A program made the translations under genes and the position numbers. The notes beneath the pieces were generated by a model. That model saw only the letters and a program-made list of their open reading frames with translations. It was not told the origin of the DNA and made no database searches. From Macrostomum lignano (Eukaryota), in contig NIVC01004478.1 of the NCBI GenBank assembly GCA_002269645.1, forward strand, positions 1 through 44,728: 44,728 bases of DNA. Reading direction: 5' to 3'. Numbering within the stretch: the first letter of the stretch is position 1; every line of letters starts with the position of its first letter. Shown in pieces: positions 1-10,852 of the stretch.

Positions 1-150
1 TATAGTACGAGCGCAATAAAGCTGAAAAGGCTATGCTGGCAGAACTATCTACTATACCTGCTATGATTTCTTCAAGTTGACAAATATTTTAGCATTTTTC
101 TCGCACGTATCCCAACAGCAGTAGATTACAGACTGTGCCAGGAGCTCTAA

Positions 151-1587
151 TTAAAAGTGCTCAGCTAAGCTTTGAGCTACGCACGCCTTCATGCTGAGTC
201 TCCATGACAGGCACGCATCATACAGTGATGACCGCGCATCCTTGGGAAAGCTGATGACTCCAGCGCCTACGAACTCGAGCACCTTGTTGATGGATACCTG
301 GTCAAAGAGGCATTTGTCCCGGTGGAAAAAGTGCAGCAGGCGGCCAGGACCAGCCACCAGACAGCCACCGTTTTGGTACATATCGGCCGAGAAATCCTGG
401 TACCACATTGCGCGGTAGGTGCTCTGCAGGACACCAGACACCCAGCCTGACTTCACGTGCTTGCTGCTTGCAAGGGTCTCTGTGGAGAGAAGGCACCAAA
501 TATCAGCAAAGCATTTAGCCCCAAGAGCAACTAAAAGAGAATGAATTCTATTTTATGAGAACTTCCCATGGTAATTCTCAGGGAAACACTTACCTCCAGT
601 GCTGGTCACCAGAGTGAAGCCCAGCTCCTTGTACAATGCCATCTCAGGGTCACAGTAGACAGAGTGGCCAAGCATGAACTCGGTGCGAAATGTCTACAGT
701 TATTTGTGGTAGTTCAATAATTTTCATTCATATTATTGAAATTTTTTACCTCCAAAAGCTTTTAGTGGGCCATCAAAAGAGTACTCCCTGAGATCAGCAA
801 ACTATATATGGTTTTATTTTAGTTGAATTTACATTTGACATTATCTACGAGCATAAATATACATTAACACAAGAAACTCTCGGGTACTAACAAGCAGCAG
901 GAATTTTAACAGCAGCCAATAGGTCGTTATTATTGTGGCACAAACTTACAAATGCTGTTTCCGATTTGGATGGCAGAATTATAGCCAACTGAACATTTAC
1001 TTCCTCCAGCATTTCGGTAGAAACACGACACAAATCATCCATGTACTCCTTCACAGTGAAGCACTGCGGATGCTAAAATGAAGTTCAAAGCATGATAAAT
1101 ATATAAAAATCCTACATCTTATTTTCATATACCAAAACCTATTATTAACTTGCTAACTAACTAATTATAAAATTCCCCACATTATTGACTTAAAATCTTC
1201 ACTAACAAAAATATGATACAAATACAAATCCTCACAGATAGCAAGCATGATAAAGTAAACATTTTAGTATTCTCAATGTAGTATTTACAGAGTAGTTTGT
1301 AAGTCAATTGAAATGTTGCGCCATCTTTTATATATTAGTGTTAGATGCTAGAGAGCACAAACAGTTTAAAAAACACTTTAAAATATTCAGAAAGTTGAAA
1401 TACTTACACGAAGAAAAATAATAATTGTTTTCTTCATCTTATATATTTCACCAAAGCGGATTGCATTCTCACGCTCATCAAATAAAACATAATCCTCAAC
1501 TCTCTCTAAATCAATGTCAGAGTCGTCAGTTTCTCCCCGAGACATGCGAATCTTAAAAACCTTTTTAACCGGAGCAGGCGTGGCCAT
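151..1587 (-). CDS. PRXL2C: Peroxiredoxin-like 2C / AAED1-like thioredoxin-fold protein, 4 exons (1587-1408, 1072-950, 693-594, 479-151), about 243 aa
   Basis: GT-AG junctions with compatible phases join the exons into an open frame: IIIFLR-HPQCFTVKEYMDDL...HSVYCDPEMALYKELG...KHVKSGWVSGVLQS...QNGGCLVAGPGRLLHFFHRDK...INKVL. This matches the AAED1 family pattern (RHFLCYICKEY, YVDPE, QQGGTLILGPG, IHFIHRD) as recalled. Confidence 0.85.
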
Positions 1588-3676
1588 TTTTAGGATTTTA
1601 AACTCGAAAGTTGATTTTACTTGAAATAGTTAACAAGGTTTTGAATTAATGGAGAATTAAGAAAGAATTTCGCCCTTGTATTTTTTTCGATTAAAAAGAA
1701 CCAAACTCGCAAAATTGAAAGTTTGCAACTACGGACTCTTGTGTTCAAGAAGTAAAATAAATAAAAACGTAAAAATGCTCCAAAAGGATGTTAAATTCAT
1801 TGATAAATGCAAAAGACGAAAAAAGCCTATAAATGATATCTCGAGTGCTAGAGTAAATAATGAAATTTAATTATCATTATGAATCTAACCACCATTTCGC
1901 ATTCAAGGGTTTAATTAAACTTTTTTAATTCAACTACAAAAATATGATAATATCATATCATTGACATAGGTCACATAGTTAACACATAATTTAACATGTG
2001 ACGAAAAAGATTAGATAGAACAGCTCTAACATTAATGTATATTTTCGTTATGTGTAGGCCTGCGTAGATGTAACATGACCGGGCAGCCTTACATGTTAAT
2101 TGGATAATCAACAGAACTTGGAATATTTTTTCTTGACTTTATCTAATCTGTGGAGTGTGGTCGTGGACTCGAGGATAGATCATTTACATTTTCTGTCCTA
2201 AAGGCGCGCCCTGTCAGGATTCTAAGCACCCTGACACCATATTTTGTTGTTGTTTTTGTTCTGTTGTTGTTTTGTTGTTATCTAATGCAAAGTAGTATAG
2301 AAAGATTGGCAATCTTCAATCTTCAAGTCAACAAAGCTGCTACTTTCTCAGCTAGGAAAGGGCTCAGTACACTGGAGAGCTCGAAAATAATCATCTCAGA
2401 GCAAGATAGTTCAGAAATCGTCGAAAAAATAATTTAACGAACGAAACTTGAAGATTGCCAAAAGATTATATGCTTTAATCTTTAAAGATAGGGGCCTAGT
2501 ATTACTTTCAATTTTCTAATATCTTTTAAGATAGAAAATATAGTATTACTAGGACACAATGCAAAAAGACGAGTTTTGTTGCTAGAGTTTTAAAATTTAT
2601 TTGATTTTTAGAAATAGCCTAATATTAGTATATAGAAATAACTGTTAGTCTTAGATTAGAACTATTAGTCTTAGAAAATATATATTGAAATCTTTATTCT
2701 TTATAGACCCAACTTATTTAAAAGCTTTTTTGTATAATTGTTGCATAATTCTTTTTTAATTTCTTTTTAATGTCAATGCCTATTTTAGAACCCTTTTTTA
2801 TTTAAATAAAAGCTTTGATACTAAGCATCAAAGGATAAAGGGGATGCTATTATCTTCTTAGGCTAGATAACTAGCTTTTATTTAAGGCTTTTTGCTTTAA
2901 TTATATATCATTTCCTTAAGCAATAACAAAATTACTATATAATGCCAAAAACTATATATAGTTCATTCAAAGAGTTTTTTCCTTTCTTTAATCTTTGATT
3001 TCTCTCAAACATTAAATGTATCCCATTTTATAGATTCATTATTCATTGATTTAAAAGGGAAAATAATAACAAATAAAAACAAGAGGCATTAGAAATAACA
3101 AGAAAATAAAATAATAAAATATGCATAATTAGAAATTATTTATTCTAATTAGAAATATGCATATAAATATGCAAATAAATAAAATATGCATAATTAAATT
3201 ATAAAGACTTGTATTTGCTAAAAAGATTGCAAGTTTAATTGTAAAATATATTTTTTAAAATAGCTTATTGTATTTTATAGCCAATAAGTTATATCACACA
3301 ATATATAATGCTTTTTAAAGCCATTGGTGAGTCATCCTTGGCATAAACTATTCATAAATATCAAATAGACTTAGAATCTAGACATTAGCCATTGTTTTTT
3401 GCTGCCTTTGTCATAGGAATACCATTTTCATTATTCAAACTGTTTAATCACTTTGTAGTAGACCATATACTATTGCTAAATCTCTATATACTTAAGCTAT
3501 TCATAACTAGCAACAAGGTCTATCAGTTGCTCTTAAGACAAATATTTGCACTTATCAAAAGCAGCCCTATCTTCTTGTCCTCTATTGTCCATATTGTACT
3601 ATCTAGACTAAACTTACACTTAGATTTCAATATTTTCAACAATTCACTGCATGGTGTATTTTGTTGGGGCCAGACA

Positions 3677-6600
3677 ATGACTAGCTGGATTTGGTGGCTG
3701 CTGGCACTGCTTGTCGTCTCTACATGTCCTGGAAGCCAAGCAGAAGACATGCATGATCACATGCAACATAATATGCATGTTCCTGCTGACCCAGGTGTCC
3801 AGCATGACGGCCACTCCATGCACCATGACCATTCCATGGAGCACGAAAGCGGTTCAACATCGCCCCTAATCGTGCTCATTTTCAATGGACTCCGCTATGA
3901 CCTCCCCGATGTGTATAAGTCTCGCGGCCTCAATTTGTCTAGTTTTGAAATGCTGCTCAAGCAGGGAGTTCGAGCCAGCAAAATGCGCAGCGTGAACCCA
4001 ACTGACTCCATGCCAAACTACTGGAGCATGCTGACTGGCTTGTATCCGGAGAGCCACTGCATCCCCTTCGACTCCTTTCTGGACAGCGACAGGCCTGGCG
4101 TGGTCTTTCACAAGACAAACCTCACCAGCCTCAGCGATGCCGCTTGGTTCTACAAGGGCTTCCCGGAGCCTCTGTGGCTCGCCAACCAGCGGCAAGGCGG
4201 CAAGTCGCTTTTGCTGTTGCCCGGCAAAGCCCTGCTGTTCGGCGGCTCCTCTGGCTCCCCGCAACAGGTGGGCCCAAACAGATAATCAATGTCTGATTGC
4301 AGACTGGGCAGTGCTGTGAGTGTCTGATTGCAGACTGGGCAGTGCTGTGAGTGTCTGATTGCAAACTGGGCAGTGCTGTGAGTGTCTGATTGCAGACTGG
4401 GCAGTGCTGTGAGTGTCTGATTGCAGACTGGGCAGTGCTGTGAGTGTCTGATTGCAGACTGGGCAGTGCTGTGAGTGTCTGATTGCAGACTGGGCAGTGC
4501 TGTGAGTGTCTGATTGCAGACTGGGCAGTGCTGTGAGTGTCTGATTGCAGACTGGACAGTGCTGTGAGTGTCTGATTGCAGACTGGGCAGTGCTGTGAGT
4601 GTCTGATTGCAGACTGGGCAGTGCTGTGAGTGTCTGATTGCAGACTGGACAGTGCTGTGAGTGTCTGATTGCAGACTGGGCAGTGCTGTGAGTGTCTGAT
4701 TGCAGACTGGGCAGTGCTGTGAGTGTCTGATTGCAGACTGGACAGTGCCAGTACAGAATATTCGAAGAATGATGGATTATCTCTGTGCGAGTTATGTTTA
4801 AATGCTCATAGACTACTAGTGATAGGAACTGAATAATTAGTTTGAATAAAGGCTAATTTTGAAACAGCCTAAAGGATCCATCTGAACAATTTGGAAGAAT
4901 ACGATAAACATAACGCTAAAATTGTAGTTTTTATTCACAGTTTGGGTAGGGTAATTTAGTTATATATATATACAGTGGATTTCATTGCACTGCAAATTAT
5001 TTTCGTAAGAGGGATGACTCACCAATCTGAGAAAGTTCTGTGATGCTTGTCATTGTTTTATTGGTCTGTCACTGCCGGTACATGTATAATTGGTTGGCCT
5101 AAGATTCAAGCAGCCTTCGATCGCAAAGCAAAACTGTTTCCCGGCTCTGCAGCTTCTTAGACTTCTGAAAGAAGCGCACAGATGCTGGTATAGATTTGAG
5201 TACTGAGTCATTCCCGATCCCCGCCGGCCTCCAGATCGGCACATCAAGCAACCCGGCCGCCCAGGTGCAGCTTCTGATTGACCTGATGGCGAAGCCGGGC
5301 ACGCATGGCAAGATCAGCTTCGTCCTGATGTACTTTACCGAGCCCGGAGACACCGCGAGAGCTCACGGGCCAGTCAGCAAGGAAGTAGGCGAGAAACTGG
5401 TGGAGCTGGACGGGCATCTGGGCCGGCTGCTTGGCGGCCTTCGACAGCTCGGGATGCTGGACTCCGTCAATCTGGTGGTCACGACTGATCACGGCATGGC
5501 CGCTGTGGACTCCTCCAAGGTGAGCACCTGCATCGAGCGCATCCCGACTGGCTTCATTTTTGGCACTGTTCGGTATCTCACACATTGAAACTTCACAGTC
5601 TCTGGGATCCTCGAAATCAGCCTCCCAGTCCATGCAATGTCTGAGCTGAGTGCCATTACAGCCGTGCCCCTGACTTCACCAATATCCAAGTCAGTGTCTG
5701 AGCTGAGTGCCATTATAGCACCATTCCCCTCAGCATCATTCCCCCAGCATCATTCCCCCAGCATCATTCCCCCAGCATCATTCCCCCAGCATCATTCCCC
5801 CAGCATCATTCTCCCAGCATCATTCCCCCAGCATCATTCCCCCAGCATCATTCCCCAGCATCATTCCCCCAGCATCATTCCCCCAGCATCATTCCCCCAG
5901 CATCATTCCCCTAGCATCACCCCCAGCATCATTCCCCCTAGCATCATTCCCCTCAGCATCATTCCCCTCAGCATCATTCCCCCAGCATCACCCCTAGCAT
6001 CACCCCCAGCATCATTCCCTCAGCATCATTCCCCTCAGCATCATTCCCCAGCATCACCCCTAGCATCACCCCAGCATCACCCCCTAGCATCACCCCCAGC
6101 ATCACCCCCTAGCATCACCCCAGCATCATCCCTAGCATCACCCCCAGCATCATTCCCCAGCATCATTCTCCTCAGAATCATTCCCCCAGCATCATCCCCT
6201 AGCATCACCCCTAGCATCACCCCAGCATCATTCCCCCAGCATCATTCCCTCAGCATCATTCCCCTCAGCATCATTCCCCAGCATCATTCCCCTCAGCATC
6301 ATTCCCCTCAGCATCATTCCCCCAGCATCACCCTAGCATCATTCCCCTCAGCATCATTCCCCTCAGCATCATTCCCCTCAGCATCATTCCCCTCAGCATC
6401 ATTCCCCTCAGCATCATTCTCCCAGCATCACCCCTAGCATCACCCCCAGCATCATTCCCCCAGCATCACCCCCTAGCATCACCCCCAGCATCATTCCCCC
6501 AGCATCACCCCAGCATCATTCCCCCAGCATCACCCCTAGCATCACCCCCAGCATCATTCCCCCAGCATCATTCCCCTCAGCATCATTCCCCTCAGCATCA

Positions 6601-8611
6601 TTCCCCCAGCATCATTCCCCTCAGCATCATTCCCCTCAGCATCATTCCCCCAGCATCACCCCTAGCATCATTCCCCTCAGCATCATTCCCCTCAGCATCA
6701 TTCTCCCAGCATCACCCCCTAGCATCACCCCCAGCATCATTCCCCCAGCATCACCCCCTAGCATCACCCCCAGCATCATTCCCCCAGCATCACCCCCTAG
6801 CATCACCCCAGCATCATTCCCCAGCATCACCCCCTAGCATCACCCCCAGCATCATTCCCCCAGCATCACCCCCTAGCATCACCCCCAGCATCATTCCCCC
6901 AGCATCATTCCCCTCAGAATCATTCCCCCAGCATCACCCCCTAGCATCACCCCCTAGCATCACCCCCAGCATCATTCCCCCAGCATCATTCCCTCAGCAT
7001 CATTTCCCTCAGCATCATTGCCCCAGCATCATTCCCAGCATCACCCCTAGCATCACCCCAGCATCATTCCCCTCAGCATCATTCCCCCAGCATCATTCCC
7101 CTCAGCATCATTCCCCAGCATCACCCCTAGCATCACCCCCTAGCATCACCCCCAGCATCATTCCCCCAGCATCATTCCCCTCAGCATCATTTCCCTCAGC
7201 ATCATTGCCCCAGCATCATTCCCCCAGCATCACCCCCTAGCATCACCCCCAGCATCATTCCCCCAGCATCACCCCCAGCATCATTCCCCCAGCATCACCC
7301 CCTAGCATCACCCCAGCATCATTCCCCCAGCATCATTCCCCTCAGCATCATTCCCCTCAGCATCATTCCCCAGCATCATTCCCCTCAGCATCATTCCCCT
7401 CAGCATCATTCCCCCAGCATCACCCCTAGCATCATTCCCCTCAGCATCATTCCCCTCAGCATCATTCTCCCAGCATCACCCCCTAGCATCACCCCAGCAT
7501 CATTCCCCCAGCATCACCCCCTAGCATCACCCCCAGCATCATTCCCCCAGCATCACCCCCTAGCATCACCCCCAGCATCATTCCCCCAGCATCACCCCCT
7601 AGCATCACCCCCAGCATCATTCCCCAGCATCACCCCTAGCATCACCCCCAGCATCATTCCCCCAGCATCATTCCCCTCAGAATCATTCCCCCAGCATCAC
7701 CCCCTAGCATCACCCCCTAGCATCACCCCCAGCATCATTCCCCCAGCATCATTCCCCTCAGCATCATTTCCCTCAGCATCATTGCCCCAGCATCATTCCC
7801 CAGCATCACCCCCTAGCATCACCCCCAGCATCATTCCCCCAGCATCATTCCCCTCAGCATCATTCCCCATCAGCATCTTTCCTCGGGGAATGATAATCGG
7901 GAACGGGGTACACTGCCTATGCACATTTAAGGCCGAATTGCCTTGAGTTTACTTAGTTTTTATACTCGCTTTGCTGAAATCTTATCTCAGGTGCTCGAGC
8001 TTAACTCGCTGCTCCCAGCTGACTGGTTCAAGAACCGGCTGAACTTGCCCCCTGGTGCGCAGGCACAGCTGTGGCCAAAGGCTGGTCACCAGCCAGCCGA
8101 CCTGATAAACCGCCTGGCCAAATCCAAGACCGAACTCAGCGTTTGGGACGTCACCCACCTGCCTTCAGAGCTGCGCCTTTCCGGCTGCCGCAGGCGCCTC
8201 CCACCTGTCTATGCGCGCGCCAATCCGCCCTGGCTGCTGCGGCTCAGCGCCGGCGCCCCGCTGCCCCTGGGCGTCAGCGGCTACTCGGCCGATACCGAAG
8301 ACATGCGGCCGCTCTGGGTGGCCAGGGGCCCCGACTTTAAGGCCGCCGGAGCTGTGGTGGACCTGCCTCTGGAGTCGGTGGACTTTTACCCGCTGGCCTG
8401 CCAGCTGCTGGGCCTGCAGCCGAAGCCCAACAACGGCTCGCTGGCGCGCATCTCCCCGCTGCTAACTCGCTACATCGGCGGCGAGGGATTCCTGGCCACC
8501 TTCGCCGGCGTGCTGCTGCTGTTCTCCTTCTTCGGCGCCATTCTGATCGTCACCGCCGTCATCACTTCGCGACAGCCCGTCAAGACTGTCAGGGGAGAGC
8601 TTGGGTCCTGA
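3677..8611 (+). CDS. ENPP4/5/6-like nucleotide pyrophosphatase/phosphodiesterase family protein, type I membrane, probably catalytically impaired; 3 exons (3677-4267, 5235-5519, 7991-8611), about 498 aa
   Basis: Signal peptide MTSWIWWLLALLVVSTC. NPP-family motifs: LIFNGLRYD, PTDSMPNYWSMLTGLYPESH, EPLWLANQRQGGKS, YFTEPG, VVTTDHGM, MRPLWVARGPDF, VDFYPLACQLLGLQPKPNNGS. C-terminal hydrophobic helix. All junctions are phase-0 GT-AG. Confidence 0.85.
4291..4748. repeat. 31-bp minisatellite (gtctgattgcagactgggcagtgctgtgagt), about 15 copies, ENPP intron 1
   Basis: Direct tandem copies visible in the sequence. Confidence 0.95.
5718..7880. repeat. C-rich variable 12-14-bp minisatellite (cagcatcattcccc / tagcatcacccc), about 2.2 kb, ENPP intron 2
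   Basis: Interleaved variant units visible in the sequence. Confidence 0.95.
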
Positions 8612-8742
8612 CTAACTGGCTCGGAGATTGAGCCAGATTTTTAGTAGTTATTTTCCATTTGACCGCTTGATTGACACCTGCCACCTAGAAATATGCTGCT
8701 TGCATGAAGCGCAACTGTATGCTGGTCTCTGAGCCACTTGTT

Positions 8743-9838
8743 GAGCGAGTAGCTGAGGTGTCCCATGGTGAGGTGCCTGCAATCAAATTAGCTGAGTGAG
8801 TAGCTGAGGTGTCCCATGGTGAGGTACCTGCAATCAAATTGGCTGAGTGAGTAGCTGAGGTGTCCCATGGTGAGGTGCCTGCAATCAAATTAGCTGAGTG
8901 AGTAGCTGAGGTGTCCCATGGTGAGGTACCTGCAATCAAATTGGCTGAGTGAGTAGCTGAGGTGTGTCCAATGATGAGGTGCCTGCAATCAAATTGGCTG
9001 AGTGAGTAGCTGAGGTGTCCCATGTTGAGGTGCCTGCAATCAAATTGGCTGAGTGAGTAGCTGAGGTGTGTCCCATGATGAGGTGCCTGCAATCAAATTG
9101 GCTGAGTGAGTAGCTGAGGTGTGTCCCATGATGAGGTGCCTGCAATCAAATTGGCTGAGTGAGTAGCTGAGGTGTGTCCCATGATGAGGTGCCTGCAATC
9201 AAATTGGCTGAGTGAGTAGCTGAGGTGTGTCCCATGATGAGGTGCCTGCAATCAAATTGGCTGAGTGAGTAGCTGAGGTGTGTCCCATGATGAGGTGCCT
9301 GCAATCAAATTGGCTGAGTGAGTAGCTGAGGTGTGTCCCATGATGAGGTGCCTGCAATCAAATTGGCTGAGTGAGTAGCTGAGGTGTGTCCCATGATGAG
9401 GTGCCTGCAATCAAATTGGCTGAGTGAGTAGCTGAGGTGTGTCCCATGATGAGGTGCCTGCAATCAAATTGGCTGAGTGAGTAGCTGAGGTGTGTCCCAT
9501 GATGAGGTGCCTGCAATCAAATTGGCTGAGTGAGTAGCTGAGGTGTGTCCCATGATGAGGTGCCTGCAATCAAATTGGCTGAGTGAGTAGCTGAGGTGTG
9601 TCCCATGATGAGGTGCCTGCAATCAAATTGGCTGAGTGAGTAGCTGAGGTGTGTCCCATGATGAGGTGCCTGCAATCAAATTGGCTGAGTGAGTAGCTGA
9701 GGTGTGTCCCATGATGAGGTGCCTGCAATCAAATTGGCTGAGTGAGTAGCTGAGGTGTGTCCCATGATGAGGTGCCTGCAATCAAATTGGCTGAGTGAGT
9801 AGCTGAGGTGTGTCCCATGATGAGGTGCCTGCAATCAA
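8743..9838. repeat. 51-53-bp minisatellite (tgagtgagtagctgaggtgtgtcccatgatgaggtgcctgcaatcaaattggc), about 21 copies, downstream of the ENPP stop
   Basis: Tandem copies; the first units are more variable and the later ones are homogeneous. Confidence 0.95.
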
Positions 9839-10852
9839 GAGTAAGTAGCAATCGAATCGGCTCAATCAAGGGTTGGGTGCATGCATTCCTGTTTGCCCTC
9901 CGGTAGAAACCCATTCGCCGCAGTCATTTTGATTTTTTTTTCTATTAGAAAGCCACTGTTTTTTCCTTATGCTCTCAATCGATCTTGATCTTGAATCTCT
10001 TTTCGGGGATTCTTTAGGACAACATTATCAATACGCTCGAATGTTAGTGCGTAAAAGTAGCGAGGAAGCAATGTCAATGATTTAAATTTCGTGTTACATC
10101 CAACTCAAATTTGAAAATCTTGAATCTTGAATTTGAAGCTCAAGACAATTTACCGTATTCAGTCTGTGCCTGCTTCCACCATGCCATGTGCACCACATTG
10201 GCGCCCGCGCTCTCGATCAGTTCAAGGCCAGCTAGGCGCAAGCAGCCCCTCCCAGCCAGGCGAGCGCTCAGTTTATGCCTGCTGTACAGATATTTGACCT
10301 ACTCGACTTTCCATTGACTCAACCTGTACCTTCCGGTTTTCGGTGTCTTTTTAACACAGTAAATTTTATCGCGTCTTCTGCCACCTCTGGCCAGTCATAA
10401 CCCAGACATTTCGCGTGGAACAATAATGACGATTTCGATTTTTATTGAAGCCCGCTAATCATGCCAATTTACTTCTTAAATAAACAGCCTGAAGCTGGCA
10501 CTTTGAACTGGACTTTGTTATACTTTTTTCGATGAGCTGGACCCCAATGCAGGGTGTGTGACGCCTTCGGCCGATGCTTTTCTCCTTATTCCACTGACTC
10601 TTCTCGGCACACCGGATGTGCAGCTGTCATGACTCCCATTTTCATGTAGGTATTTGCGCTTCTATGCTGTGTCCTTTGACACTGGCCATCATTCGTACCA
10701 GATTCACAAGCTCTCCCCACATTGATGCCGAATCGAAACCCGGGACCCCCGGCCAATGCAGTCATTTAGACTGAAACAGAGTCAAGTCTTTCAAATCCCT
10801 TTTCTTTGTTTCTTTCTTCTGGCGGCGCGTTGATCCGTTCAGACAGGTTGCC

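Noticed and set aside
3392-3676. 95-codon N-terminal extension of the ENPP ORF
   Set aside because: It starts at TTG in AT-rich DNA; the ATG at 3677 directly precedes a clear signal peptide.
5637-6830. Pro/His/Ser-rich ORFs
   Set aside because: Translations of the intronic C-rich minisatellite.
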